From an uncultured bacterium (GTDB taxonomy: Bacteria > Patescibacteriota > Doudnabacteria > UBA920), in contig CAVVMJ010000007.1 in the NCBI GenBank assembly GCA_963749445.1, positions 9,971 through 73,970 on the forward strand: a stretch of 64,000 nucleotides of DNA. Reading direction: 5' to 3'. The notes beneath the pieces are model-generated. The model made no database searches, was not told the DNA's origin, and worked only from the letters and a program-made list of their open reading frames with translations. The first letter of the stretch is position 1; each line of letters starts with the position of its first letter. The position numbers and the translations under genes are program-made. Positions 8,395-16,486 of the stretch are shown piece after piece.

Positions 8395-9978
8395 CTATCC
8401 GACCTCCGATTTATCCGACATTCCGACATTCCGACATTCCGACATTCCGACATTCCGATTTATCCGAATCATACTCGTACTCTGGCTGACGTTTTGGATT
8501 TGCGTCTGCAAAATATATTGGACAATGGCAATGATGCTAAAGGACAGCAAAGCAATGGCTAAACCCAAAATGGCCCAGGTGATGGTCTTGCGCGCGGCCG
8601 TGACCGCCTCTTCGTTGCCCTGGGACATGACGTAGCGGAAGCCACCGATGACTATAAAAGCCACGGACCACAAAGCAATGACGCCCAAAAAGGCGCGCAT
8701 TATCAACAGCAAAGTCGCAGTCAAAGAATCCACGGGCAGGGGGTTATATAAACAATTGTTGGCATCGGGACCGGTACAATTAGCGGTGGAAGGAGTGCCG
8801 GCGGCAGAACATGTCCCTCCCGTGGCGGCTGAACATATCTGCCCGGAACTGCAAGTCCCCTGCTGCCCGGGACCTCCGGTACAAGAAGCACCAGGCGCGA
8901 CAGCCGCGGTCGGACTTACAGTAATATTAAAAGTAGTCGGTCCAACCCCATTTAACGCTGTGGTTCCGTCAGCGGCCACCGGAGTCGCGACAATTGAATT
9001 AACGCCGCTAATATTAAAACCGGAGTTTGCGTCCAAGGTAAAATTTTGGCTCCATTGTTTTGAACTGTCAAGTTTTACATCTTGATTACCCGCGTGCACC
9101 AATAAAATGCCGCCACTGGGCATATTGGTGGCAGAAATTGTTATGGTAGTTCCGGGCGCATAAGTACTATTGGCCGCAGGCGGCGATAAAACAACCGTCG
9201 GCGCGTTACCACTTGCGCCTGTGGCCTGAGTTAAAGTATAAGTTTGATCATAAATTCCCTTGCCGCTACTATCAGTCAGGACAAATCTTAACTTGTTATC
9301 CCCATTGCTAATAAATCCATTTGTGGCATTTACCGCTATTTGGTTGCCGCCTGAGTATATTGCAACAAAGTGATTATTATCGTTGACATAAATGTTTCCC
9401 TGCGCACCGGGCGGAAAATCTGTATAAGTAATTTTTAAGGTATCGCCAATTTTAGCGGTAGGCGGTGAAACTGTAAAGTTAAACCCCTCTCCTAAAGGAT
9501 TATTAGAAACATTTAGCTGTTTTCCCCAATTTTTTGTATCTCCCAAGTCACCCAAACTTGAATGAACATCCAAATAGTAAGGAAAAATGTAATCTGACCC
9601 TGACTTGGTAACATCACTCCAACGGGAAAAATTTGATAAATTAAAAGGGCAGTCAATATTAACATTGTTAGGAACAGGCGGGCTGACCTGGCACCTGGCC
9701 AAATACCAAGGGCTACCACTGATAGGGGCAATAAAATCAAACTCCATGATATTATTGGCACTACAGCCGTTTGTATTAACTATGGTATTAAATTTTGCCG
9801 AATCGCCTTTATAAATTCTGGTTGGAACTGCCTCCATAGAGGTAATTTGCACCTGGCAAATTCCTGCGGCTATTGCAGATTTTATGAATCCACGCCCAAA
9901 AACCCCGGCCAGCATCAATAAAATTATGACGCTGCTTTTTAGTGCGCTTAATATTTTATTGTACTTGTTCTGCGTCAT
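8395..9978 (-). CDS. large secreted surface protein with C-terminal VirB2/TrbC-like pilin module (paralog 5). The 3' end reads through the octamer repeat
   Basis: Signal peptide, about 400-aa beta-rich ectodomain, Cys/Gly-rich linker, then FIVIGGFRYVMSQGNEEAVTAARKTITWAILGLAIALLSFSII. The last 30 or so aa are encoded by the repeat module. Confidence 0.55.
   Translation of the reverse strand: MTQNKYNKILSALKSSVIILLMLAGVFGRGFIKSAIAAGICQVQITSMEAVPTRIYKGDSAKFNTIVNTNGCSANNIMEFDFIAPISGSPWYLARCQVSPPVPNNVNIDCPFNLSNFSRWSDVTKSGSDYIFPYYLDVHSSLGDLGDTKNWGKQLNVSNNPLGEGFNFTVSPPTAKIGDTLKITYTDFPPGAQGNIYVNDNNHFVAIYSGGNQIAVNATNGFISNGDNKLRFVLTDSSGKGIYDQTYTLTQATGASGNAPTVVLSPPAANSTYAPGTTITISATNMPSGGILLVHAGNQDVKLDSSKQWSQNFTLDANSGFNISGVNSIVATPVAADGTTALNGVGPTTFNITVSPTAAVAPGASCTGGPGQQGTCSSGQICSAATGGTCSAAGTPSTANCTGPDANNCLYNPLPVDSLTATLLLIMRAFLGVIALWSVAFIVIGGFRYVMSQGNEEAVTAARKTITWAILGLAIALLSFSIIAIVQYILQTQIQNVSQSTSMIRINRNVGMSECRNVGMSDKSEVG
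8415..8454. repeat. octanucleotide microsatellite (CCGACATT)x5
   Basis: Five perfect tandem units. Translated on the minus strand they form the C-terminal tail (RNVGMSECRNVGMS) of ORF 8395..9978. Confidence 0.9.
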
Positions 9979-9990
9979 ACTTTTTGATTT

Positions 9991-10485
9991 TTACTTCCCT
10001 GCCGGCGCGATGCCTTCTTCCACGTTATAGGAATTTGGGACGCAGGTATAACTGCTCGGGTTGGTCAAAGTAATGTAAGTCCACGGACTGGCAAAATCAA
10101 TTTTGCATTTGGACATTAATAGAATATTAACTGCGGTATTGACGAACATATACGCGGCCACGACCACAAAAAATCCTATGAATACCTGGGTTAACGCTCC
10201 CTTGTGTTTGGTAATGTCCTCCTCGTTGCCGCTGCTCGCCACCAGCCAAAAAGAATGTTCAACAATCTTGTAAACCGCGTAAAGCCCGGCCATGGCTATC
10301 AGCCAGTTGGTCACCCGCGCCACCCCGTAAAAAGCGTCCAAAACTCCGCAGGGATGATTATCCGTCGGCCCGCTGCCGCCGCAGGGAACTAGTCCAGCGG
10401 CATGGACGAAAAATGGCATAGAAAAAGCTATTGTTATTGTTAAGATTACCGCAACTAAAAGCCTTTTTTGTTTCAAGATAATCAT
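9991..10485 (-). CDS. VirB2/TrbC-like pilin-family protein (paralog 6, divergent)
   Basis: Signal peptide, CGGSGPTDNHPCG, then LVASSGNEEDITKHKGALTQVFIGFFVVVAAYMFV. Confidence 0.5.
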   Translation of the reverse strand: MIILKQKRLLVAVILTITIAFSMPFFVHAAGLVPCGGSGPTDNHPCGVLDAFYGVARVTNWLIAMAGLYAVYKIVEHSFWLVASSGNEEDITKHKGALTQVFIGFFVVVAAYMFVNTAVNILLMSKCKIDFASPWTYITLTNPSSYTCVPNSYNVEEGIAPAGK

Positions 10486-10540
10486 TTTTCTACAATAACT
10501 CTACCACATTTTTGGCAAATTTTCAATTTTTGTCGCTTTG

Positions 10541-10622
10541 TTGAAATTGCGAGGGCGTGCATCCGACCGAAGCAATCCCCAAAAAATAACCGGATTGCTC
10601 CGGCCACCCTCGCAATTTCATA
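10541..10622. repeat. palindromic repeat element, copy A (GAAATTGCGAGGG...CCCTCGCAATTTC)
   Basis: Terminal inverted arms plus an inner GAAGCAATCC/GGATTGCT pair. Three longer copies lie at 28142, 43438 and 48535. Confidence 0.6.
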
Positions 10623-10727
10623 AAAAACACAACTTTGCAAAAACAACAACTAGTTTCCCAATTTCCAATTTTTCTGTCGTTTTGGCTTTGCATTGGAAAT
10701 TAGTAATTGGGTATTGGAAATTCGCCA

Positions 10728-12024
10728 TCACTGCCCCGCAGTGATTGCGGCCGCTTGTTGTTCGGCTTGACTAAGCGAATCCTGCGCGCTCAACCCGTTT
10801 AAAATTACGTTATCAATCGCCTTGCCGAAAATGTTGTCCATCTTGGCCTGGTCCGGGCGGTAAAAAGATTTAGCGGTAAGGTTGGCGTTGGCAAACACGC
10901 CGATGTCCGGGTCCGGAATTTGCAGCTCAATAAGGTCGCGGCGCGAAGACGGCACTTTGTTTTGCGCGTAATATTGGTCCAGGCTGTCCTTGCTCGTTAA
11001 AAATTTTACCAAATCCCAGGCTGCGGCCAGTTCTTACTCTGTTTGCTCACCACCTCTCCCCAGTAGTTGGCAAAATTCACGGATGGGTTATTCAAATCCG
11101 GCTGCGGCACGCCGGCCACGTCAAAATTCAAATTGGGAGATTTTTGTAAGATGGTGGCGCGACTATAGGAATAGCTGTACAAAAACGCGGCGCGGCCGTT
11201 GGCAAAAGCGTCAATGGAATAATCGCTTTGGGCGTTCCAGTTGTAATTAGGGCTGGAAGGATTGGCAAAAGATGTGTAAAAACTCAAAGCACTGACTCCG
11301 GGATTGGTAAAATTGCCGTTTTTCTGAACCGGGTCGGCAAAAGTCGGCTGCATGCCGGTATAAGGCATGGTGCCCTGCTGCAGCATCATCAAATACAAAA
11401 TATCCACCGCGCGATTGACATTGGCGTTAGTACCTAATGCTACGCCGCTTTGCAAAAAATAACCGTGGCTGTCCTGCCGCTTGATTTTCTGCACATCCGT
11501 TGCCAGCTCGCTCCAGGTCTTCGGCGGCGTGGCAATCCCCGCGCTGCCCATCATATCCTTGTTATAATACAGCGCCAAAGAATCCACGGACATGGCCGCG
11601 CCGTAAATTTTTCCTGGCTGGTAAAATCGTTGACCACCGCGTCCACAAAGGTATCCTTAAAATCCTTCAAAGTAAAAATGGAAGCCGGCGAAGGCGTGGC
11701 TTTGTCCAAATACTGCGGCAGCCAGGCGTTGTTGATGGAAAAAATATCCGGCCCGTTGCCTGCGGCCAAAGCGTTCAGCAAATCCTGCTGGTAAGTGTTA
11801 ATGTCTTTTTTGGTGTAGACGATGGTAATATTGGGATTTTTTTGGCGGTAAGCGTCGAGCAGCGGCTGCAGGCTTTGGCTGTCCATAAACGGATTCCACA
11901 TGGTCAGGGTAATATTCCGCTGAACCGTAGTTGTCCCTCCCCCGCCGCATCCCGCCGCAAGCAAACTAAGGCCGATGGCGGATAAAAGCAATTTTGGTTT
12001 GAAAAATTTTCTTTTTGGTTTCAT
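10728..12024 (-). pseudogene. ABC transporter substrate-binding lipoprotein (sugar-binding family) disrupted by two frameshifts
   Basis: Three consecutive minus-strand ORFs (11551..12024, 11006..11593, 10728..11012) translate to one SBP with a lipobox LAAGC. One frameshift is in the AAAAATTT run near 11588 and one is near 11010. Confidence 0.55.
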
Positions 12025-12123
12025 ATGCCGCGGATATTCACGCGGATTACTACGCGGATCTACCGCTGACAGCCGCGCCTTCCGCGTCTGATCTGCGTTG
12101 CTATCCGCATTTAATCCGCAATT

Positions 12124-13020
12124 TTAAATTTTTAGACCTTTTAAAAATTTGCCAAACTCTTCCCTCAAATCCTCGTGTTTAAGTCCGAATTCCACCACGG
12201 TCTTTAAATACTCCAGCTTGTTGCCGCAGTCGTAATATTTGCCTCCTTTAATCTCCAGGGCGTGGCACGGCTTGCCTTTTTCCAGCAAAATATTGACGGC
12301 GTCAATGTAAACCAGCTCTTTCGGCGTGTTGTCCTCCTTTACCCGCCACATGGCTTCCTCAATAGCGCCAAACATTTCCGGCCCGTAAACCGCTCCGGAA
12401 ATCACCGCGTAGTCGGAATCAATTCTGCCGGGCCCGGGTTTTTCTATCAACCGGTCAATTTTCAAAAGCCCCGGCTTGATTTCTTTGCCGACCGCGTAAC
12501 CGTAGCGCTTGTAATCTTCGTCTTTGTTCATCCGAATGCTGGCCAGCATGGCGCTGGAATCGCTTGAGCCAAAAGCTTCCACCAATTGCCGGCTCCGCGA
12601 AGGCTCGGCTTCTATAAAATCATCTCCCCACAAAACCAAAAACGGCTCATTGCCAACAAAGTCCCGCGCGTTCCAAATCGGCGTGGCATTGCCCAGCGGC
12701 CCTTTTTGCCGGACAAAATAAAAGTTGGCCATGTTGGCGATGTTGCGGATTTGTTCCAGCTCCTCGTATTTGTTGGCTTCTTCCAACCGTTTTTCCAGTT
12801 CAAACGGATAGTCAAAATGGTCCTCAATGCTGCGCTTGCTCTGGCCGGTGACGATAATGATGTCTTCAATGCCCGCGCTCACCGCGTCTTCCACCACGTA
12901 CTGAATAATTGGCTTATCCACTATGGGCAGCATCTCCTTTGGCTGGGCTTTGGTGGCCGGCAAAAACCTGGTCCCATACCCCGCCGCCGGAATAATAGCT
13001 TTTCTGATTTTCTTGTTCAT
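12124..13020 (-). CDS. galU: UTP--glucose-1-phosphate uridylyltransferase
   Basis: AIIPAAGYGTRFLPATKAQPKEMLPIVDKPIIQYVVEDAVSAGIEDIIIVTG motif. Confidence 0.8.
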   Translation of the reverse strand: MNKKIRKAIIPAAGYGTRFLPATKAQPKEMLPIVDKPIIQYVVEDAVSAGIEDIIIVTGQSKRSIEDHFDYPFELEKRLEEANKYEELEQIRNIANMANFYFVRQKGPLGNATPIWNARDFVGNEPFLVLWGDDFIEAEPSRSRQLVEAFGSSDSSAMLASIRMNKDEDYKRYGYAVGKEIKPGLLKIDRLIEKPGPGRIDSDYAVISGAVYGPEMFGAIEEAMWRVKEDNTPKELVYIDAVNILLEKGKPCHALEIKGGKYYDCGNKLEYLKTVVEFGLKHEDLREEFGKFLKGLKI

Positions 13021-13046
13021 GATGATATTATACATCAACTTCTACT

Positions 13047-13123
13047 AAATACGAAAGTGGCTAAAAATACTAAACTTATGGTTTATAAGTTTAGTATTTT
13101 TAGATAATTTAGTATTTAGTAAA
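13047..13123. repeat. long AT-rich nested hairpin (TACTAAATAC...GTATTTAGTA, inner perfect 19-bp stem)
   Basis: CTAAAAATACTAAACTTAT-GGTT-ATAAGTTTAGTATTTTTAG nested within TACTAAATAC/GTATTTAGTA. Related elements lie at 29371, 58565 and 62882. Confidence 0.6.
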
Positions 13124-13125
13124 GA

Positions 13126-14631
13126 TTATTCCGTCTTCGGGCGGTACTGAATGGCTTCGGACAGATGTTTGATGATGATATTCTCGCTGCCGTCCAAGTC
13201 GGCTATGGTGCGGCTAACTTTGAGTAGGCGGTGCATGCTGCGGCCGGAAAAATTGTAGCGTTGCATGGCGGTTTTCATCAGCTGCTGGCCGGCCTGGTCC
13301 AGCCGGCAAAATTCCTTCAGCTCCACCAAGCTCATTTCGCTGTTGGTCTTGGCGCGGCCATAACGCGCGGTTTGGATTTCCCGTGTGCGCTCCACGCGCA
13401 GTTTAATATCGGCTGATTTTTCACCGGCTTCAGGCTGCGACATTTTATCGTAAGAAAGGCGCGGCACTTCCACGTGCAAATCAATGCGGTCAAGCAATGG
13501 ACCGGAAATTTTTTTCTGGTATTTAAAAATCTGCCCGGGGGTGCAGGCGCACGGCTTGCTGCCGTCGCCCAAATAGCCGCACGGGCAGGGATTCTGCGCC
13601 GCTATTAGAGTAAACTTGGCCGGAAAAGTAAAACTGCCCGAGGCGCGCGCCACAGTGACCACGCCGTCTTCCAACGGTTGCCGCAGCGCTTCCAAAACAT
13701 TGCGCGGAAATTCCGGAAATTCATCCAAAAATAAAATTCCCCGATGGGATAACGTCACTTCCCCGGGTTTAGGGTTGGCGCCGCCGCCCACCAACGCCAC
13801 GTTGGAAGTAGTGTGGTGCGGGCTGCGCACCGGCCGGCTGGCCACAAACGAACCGGTTAGCTTTCCCGCAATGCTGTAAATTTTGGTCAGCTCCAAAGCC
13901 TCTTCCAAAGCCAAATCCGGCAACAGGCCGGCCATGGCGCGGGCCAGCAAAGTCTTGCCGCTGCCCGGCGGGCCCGAAAGCAGCACATTATGCCCGCCAG
14001 CGGCCGCGATTTCCAGCGCCCGCTTGGCCAGTTCCTGCCCGGCAATATCGCTCATGTCCAAAGCCGGCGCGGGATTAATTAAAATTTTCTCCAAATCAAT
14101 AGGCGGCTGTTTGGTCAAATTGCCGCTGCCTAACAAATGCTCCAATAACCCTTTCAGGTGGGCCACCGGAAAAATTTTCAGTCCACTAACCAGCGCCGCT
14201 TCCCGGGAATTTTCCCGGGGCACAAAAATTTCCTTAAACCCCAATTCTTTGGCCCTAAGCGCCGCGGCCAAAACCCCGGGCACCGGCCTGACCTGTCCGT
14301 CCAGGGACAATTCTCCCAAAAACAGTTTACCTTTGCCGTCAAAACTGATTTGCTCCGAGGCCGACAAAATCGCCAAGGCAATCGGCAAATCAAACTGCGT
14401 GCCCAACTTTGGCACGTCGGCCGGCGCCAAATTCACGGACACGCGCGTCGGCGGATAAAAACAGCCGGAATTTTTTATCGCCGCCTTGACGCGCTCGCGG
14501 CTTTCCTGCACCGCCGTATCCGCCAGCCCCACGACAACCGTAGCCGGAAGTCCGTTAGTAATGTCAGCTTCCGTTTCCACCAATTCCGCGCCCAAGCCCA
14601 CCACGGCCGCGGAATAAATTCGCGCGATCAT
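13126..14631 (-). CDS. comM: YifB/ComM family Mg-chelatase-like ATPase
   Basis: Lon-like N-domain. Walker A GPPGSGKT, LFLDEFPEF, C-terminal CPCGYLGD...C Zn motif and Mg-chelatase C-terminus. Confidence 0.8.
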   Translation of the reverse strand: MIARIYSAAVVGLGAELVETEADITNGLPATVVVGLADTAVQESRERVKAAIKNSGCFYPPTRVSVNLAPADVPKLGTQFDLPIALAILSASEQISFDGKGKLFLGELSLDGQVRPVPGVLAAALRAKELGFKEIFVPRENSREAALVSGLKIFPVAHLKGLLEHLLGSGNLTKQPPIDLEKILINPAPALDMSDIAGQELAKRALEIAAAGGHNVLLSGPPGSGKTLLARAMAGLLPDLALEEALELTKIYSIAGKLTGSFVASRPVRSPHHTTSNVALVGGGANPKPGEVTLSHRGILFLDEFPEFPRNVLEALRQPLEDGVVTVARASGSFTFPAKFTLIAAQNPCPCGYLGDGSKPCACTPGQIFKYQKKISGPLLDRIDLHVEVPRLSYDKMSQPEAGEKSADIKLRVERTREIQTARYGRAKTNSEMSLVELKEFCRLDQAGQQLMKTAMQRYNFSGRSMHRLLKVSRTIADLDGSENIIIKHLSEAIQYRPKTE

Positions 14632-14706
14632 TTTTGAATGGAATTATGAATCAAAAATTATGAATCATGGGCCAAATCCCCTAATTCTTAATTCCTGATT
14701 CCTGAT

Positions 14707-15150
14707 TCAATCTTTATCCGCAATTCCCTTTTTATTCCAACCGGATGAGAAAAATAAAATAACTATGCCAATAATAATATATCCGTCCGCCAAATTATAA
14801 ACCCCCACCCACTTCCAAAAATGGATATAAATAAAATCCCGGACGTAACCCAAAACCAAGCGCTCGCCGACGTTCAAAGCGGCACCGGTAAAAATCAACA
14901 GCCAGGCCAAACTCTGCCCAAAACTAAATTGCCGAAAGTTTTTTGTACAATAAATTACCATGCCCAAAATTACCACAGCGTAAATTGTAAACATCAATCC
15001 GTTCGGCAGCGGCAGGCTGAACGCGAATTGCCTGTTCAAAAATTGATGGCTGACGATTTTTTTGGAGGCTTGATCAAAAACAATCAACAAAGCAAACAAA
15101 AAAACACCCAGCCCCCAAAAGCTCCTGGATGTTTTTTGAAAATTTTCCAT
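14707..15150 (-). CDS. lspA: lipoprotein signal peptidase II
   Basis: Four TM segments, FDQASKK, NVGERLVLGYVRDFI and NLADGYI motifs. Confidence 0.7.
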   Translation of the reverse strand: MENFQKTSRSFWGLGVFLFALLIVFDQASKKIVSHQFLNRQFAFSLPLPNGLMFTIYAVVILGMVIYCTKNFRQFSFGQSLAWLLIFTGAALNVGERLVLGYVRDFIYIHFWKWVGVYNLADGYIIIGIVILFFSSGWNKKGIADKD

Positions 15151-15284
15151 TCCGGATTCTGAAATGAATGCTTTCCATTTCGACCGAATGCACCTGAGGG
15201 AGAAATCTATTAACTTCTAACTTCGGATATTAACGGATCTCTCCTCGACTGCACTCGTCGAGATGGGAAAAAATATGCTAAGTT

Positions 15285-15638
15285 CTATAATGCCTTATCA
15301 GCCCACGGCATAGCGCGCAAACGGGCTTCGGGTATCTGTTTGCCTTCGTCGTCCGTCCCGTAAGTCCCCTGGCCGATTTTCGCCAAGGCTTTGTCAATTT
15401 TGGCCAAATCCGCCTGCATTACGGCAATCACGTCCTGGCTGGCTTCGTCCACGTTAATTTCCTCGGCATTTTCGTCTTCTTCGTCGCCCATTTCAGTATG
15501 AGCCGAAAGGCCGGCCAAATCATTCTCCAGTTGCCGCTTTTTTTGCAGCAGCTGTTTTTTCATTTCTTCGGTAAAAGATTGCGATAGCATATTTTTTTGA
15601 TTATCTGATGTAATTTCATTATAGCCGATATCCGTCAT
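15285..15638 (-). CDS. DksA/TraR-like protein lacking the Cys4 zinc finger
   Basis: Coiled-coil N-terminus. C-terminal GTYGTDDEGKQIPEARLRAMPWADKAL matches DksA GTYGxCxxCGxxIPxxRLxAxPxA with all Cys replaced. Confidence 0.5.
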   Translation of the reverse strand: MTDIGYNEITSDNQKNMLSQSFTEEMKKQLLQKKRQLENDLAGLSAHTEMGDEEDENAEEINVDEASQDVIAVMQADLAKIDKALAKIGQGTYGTDDEGKQIPEARLRAMPWADKAL

Positions 15639-15656
15639 TTATCAAAACTCTCGGGC

Positions 15657-15860
15657 AGGGCTTACGCATTGGCCAAGTGCGAGGCATTTTGCGAGGATGT
15701 TTGGAGGCGTACTAAAGGTACGACGACAAACACCGCAGCAAAATAACGAAGCAATTGGCCAAAGCCACTTTTTTGGAACCCGGACTTCCTCTGCCAAAAA
15801 ACGGCGGTGCGTAAGTCCTGCCAAAATTGAAAAAGCGCCCCGGTTAGGGGCCGTTTATAA
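15657..15860 (+). ncRNA. candidate structured small RNA with intrinsic terminator (family unknown)
   Basis: 15-bp closing helix GGCAGGGCUUACGCA/UGCGUAAGUCCUGCC, perfect only as plus-strand RNA (one G-U). Nested 8-bp UUGGCCAA helix and GUAC-UAAAG-GUAC hairpin. Then GCCCC-GGUUA-GGGGC stem plus U-rich tract at 15835-15860. Lies in an 850-bp gene-free gap. Confidence 0.3.
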
Positions 15861-16486
15861 AATAAAATGCCCACGCGAGGCGCTTGTAACCCGAAATTAA
15901 TCGGATACGCTTCGCGCAAACGAGTTGCGCAAAGAATACCACACTGTTAATTCCAGGCCTTCCCAACTTTACAGTCGGGAGAAAGCGTCTGAAGTCCAAT
16001 CGCATTTCAAACTGCACTCTAAACTTCTCTTGTGGTAGTTTAACAACTACCTAAAAACTTTGATTGCCTATTTTGGGCAATTAATGCTAATCCATTGGGG
16101 AATAAATTAGCCTACATTTTTGTTTTTGTTTTTCAAACAGCTTAGATTGGAATAAGCTATGACGAGAAGTTTAAAGGAAAATACCCTCAAATATCAAAAT
16201 TAAGAGCAACTTCCTTTAGTTCAGTTTACCTCGACCTTGCGTCGGGGTTTGAAATCAATTTTTAAAGTGCTTTTGTTTCCGAATCTGCTTGAATAACTGT
16301 GTATTTATCATAGCAATGTTTGCCTAAAATGTCAATTACTGACGTCTTTTGTAACTAAACTCCTTTTAAATAAAAGCGATTTAAATTTTGCTGATATAAG
16401 TTGGCTTGCTTTACCGAATTTTTGATTATTTTATCTTTTGGGGATAACCCATATAAACCTTTTAATTATGCCGGGAATAGGAAAAT

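Noticed and set aside
8395-8460. Possible CRISPR array at the CATTCCGA repeats
   Set aside because: The units are 8 bp with no spacers, so this is a microsatellite. No cas genes are nearby, and no CRISPR array is present anywhere in the window.
10538-10744. Track ORF 10538..10744 (+)
   Set aside because: It lies on repeat copy A and the Cys-poor intergenic spacer, with no coding signal.
15776-15792. RNase P RNA on the minus strand (GAGGAAGTCCGGGTTCC resembles the P4 5' strand GGAAAGUCCGGGCUCC)
   Set aside because: An RNase P RNA placed there would have to run 250 or more nt into the well-supported DksA-like ORF, and no matching P4 3' strand or GGUGCGGUAAG motif lies at a proper distance. 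It is kept only as something for cmscan to test.
15640-16486. tmRNA or SRP RNA in the large noncoding gap
   Set aside because: I found no CUCCACCA 3' end and no tRNA-like T-arm pairing with a 5' GGGG end. There is no plausible ...LAA tag reading frame and no SRP domain-IV GGAA/AGCAG motifs.
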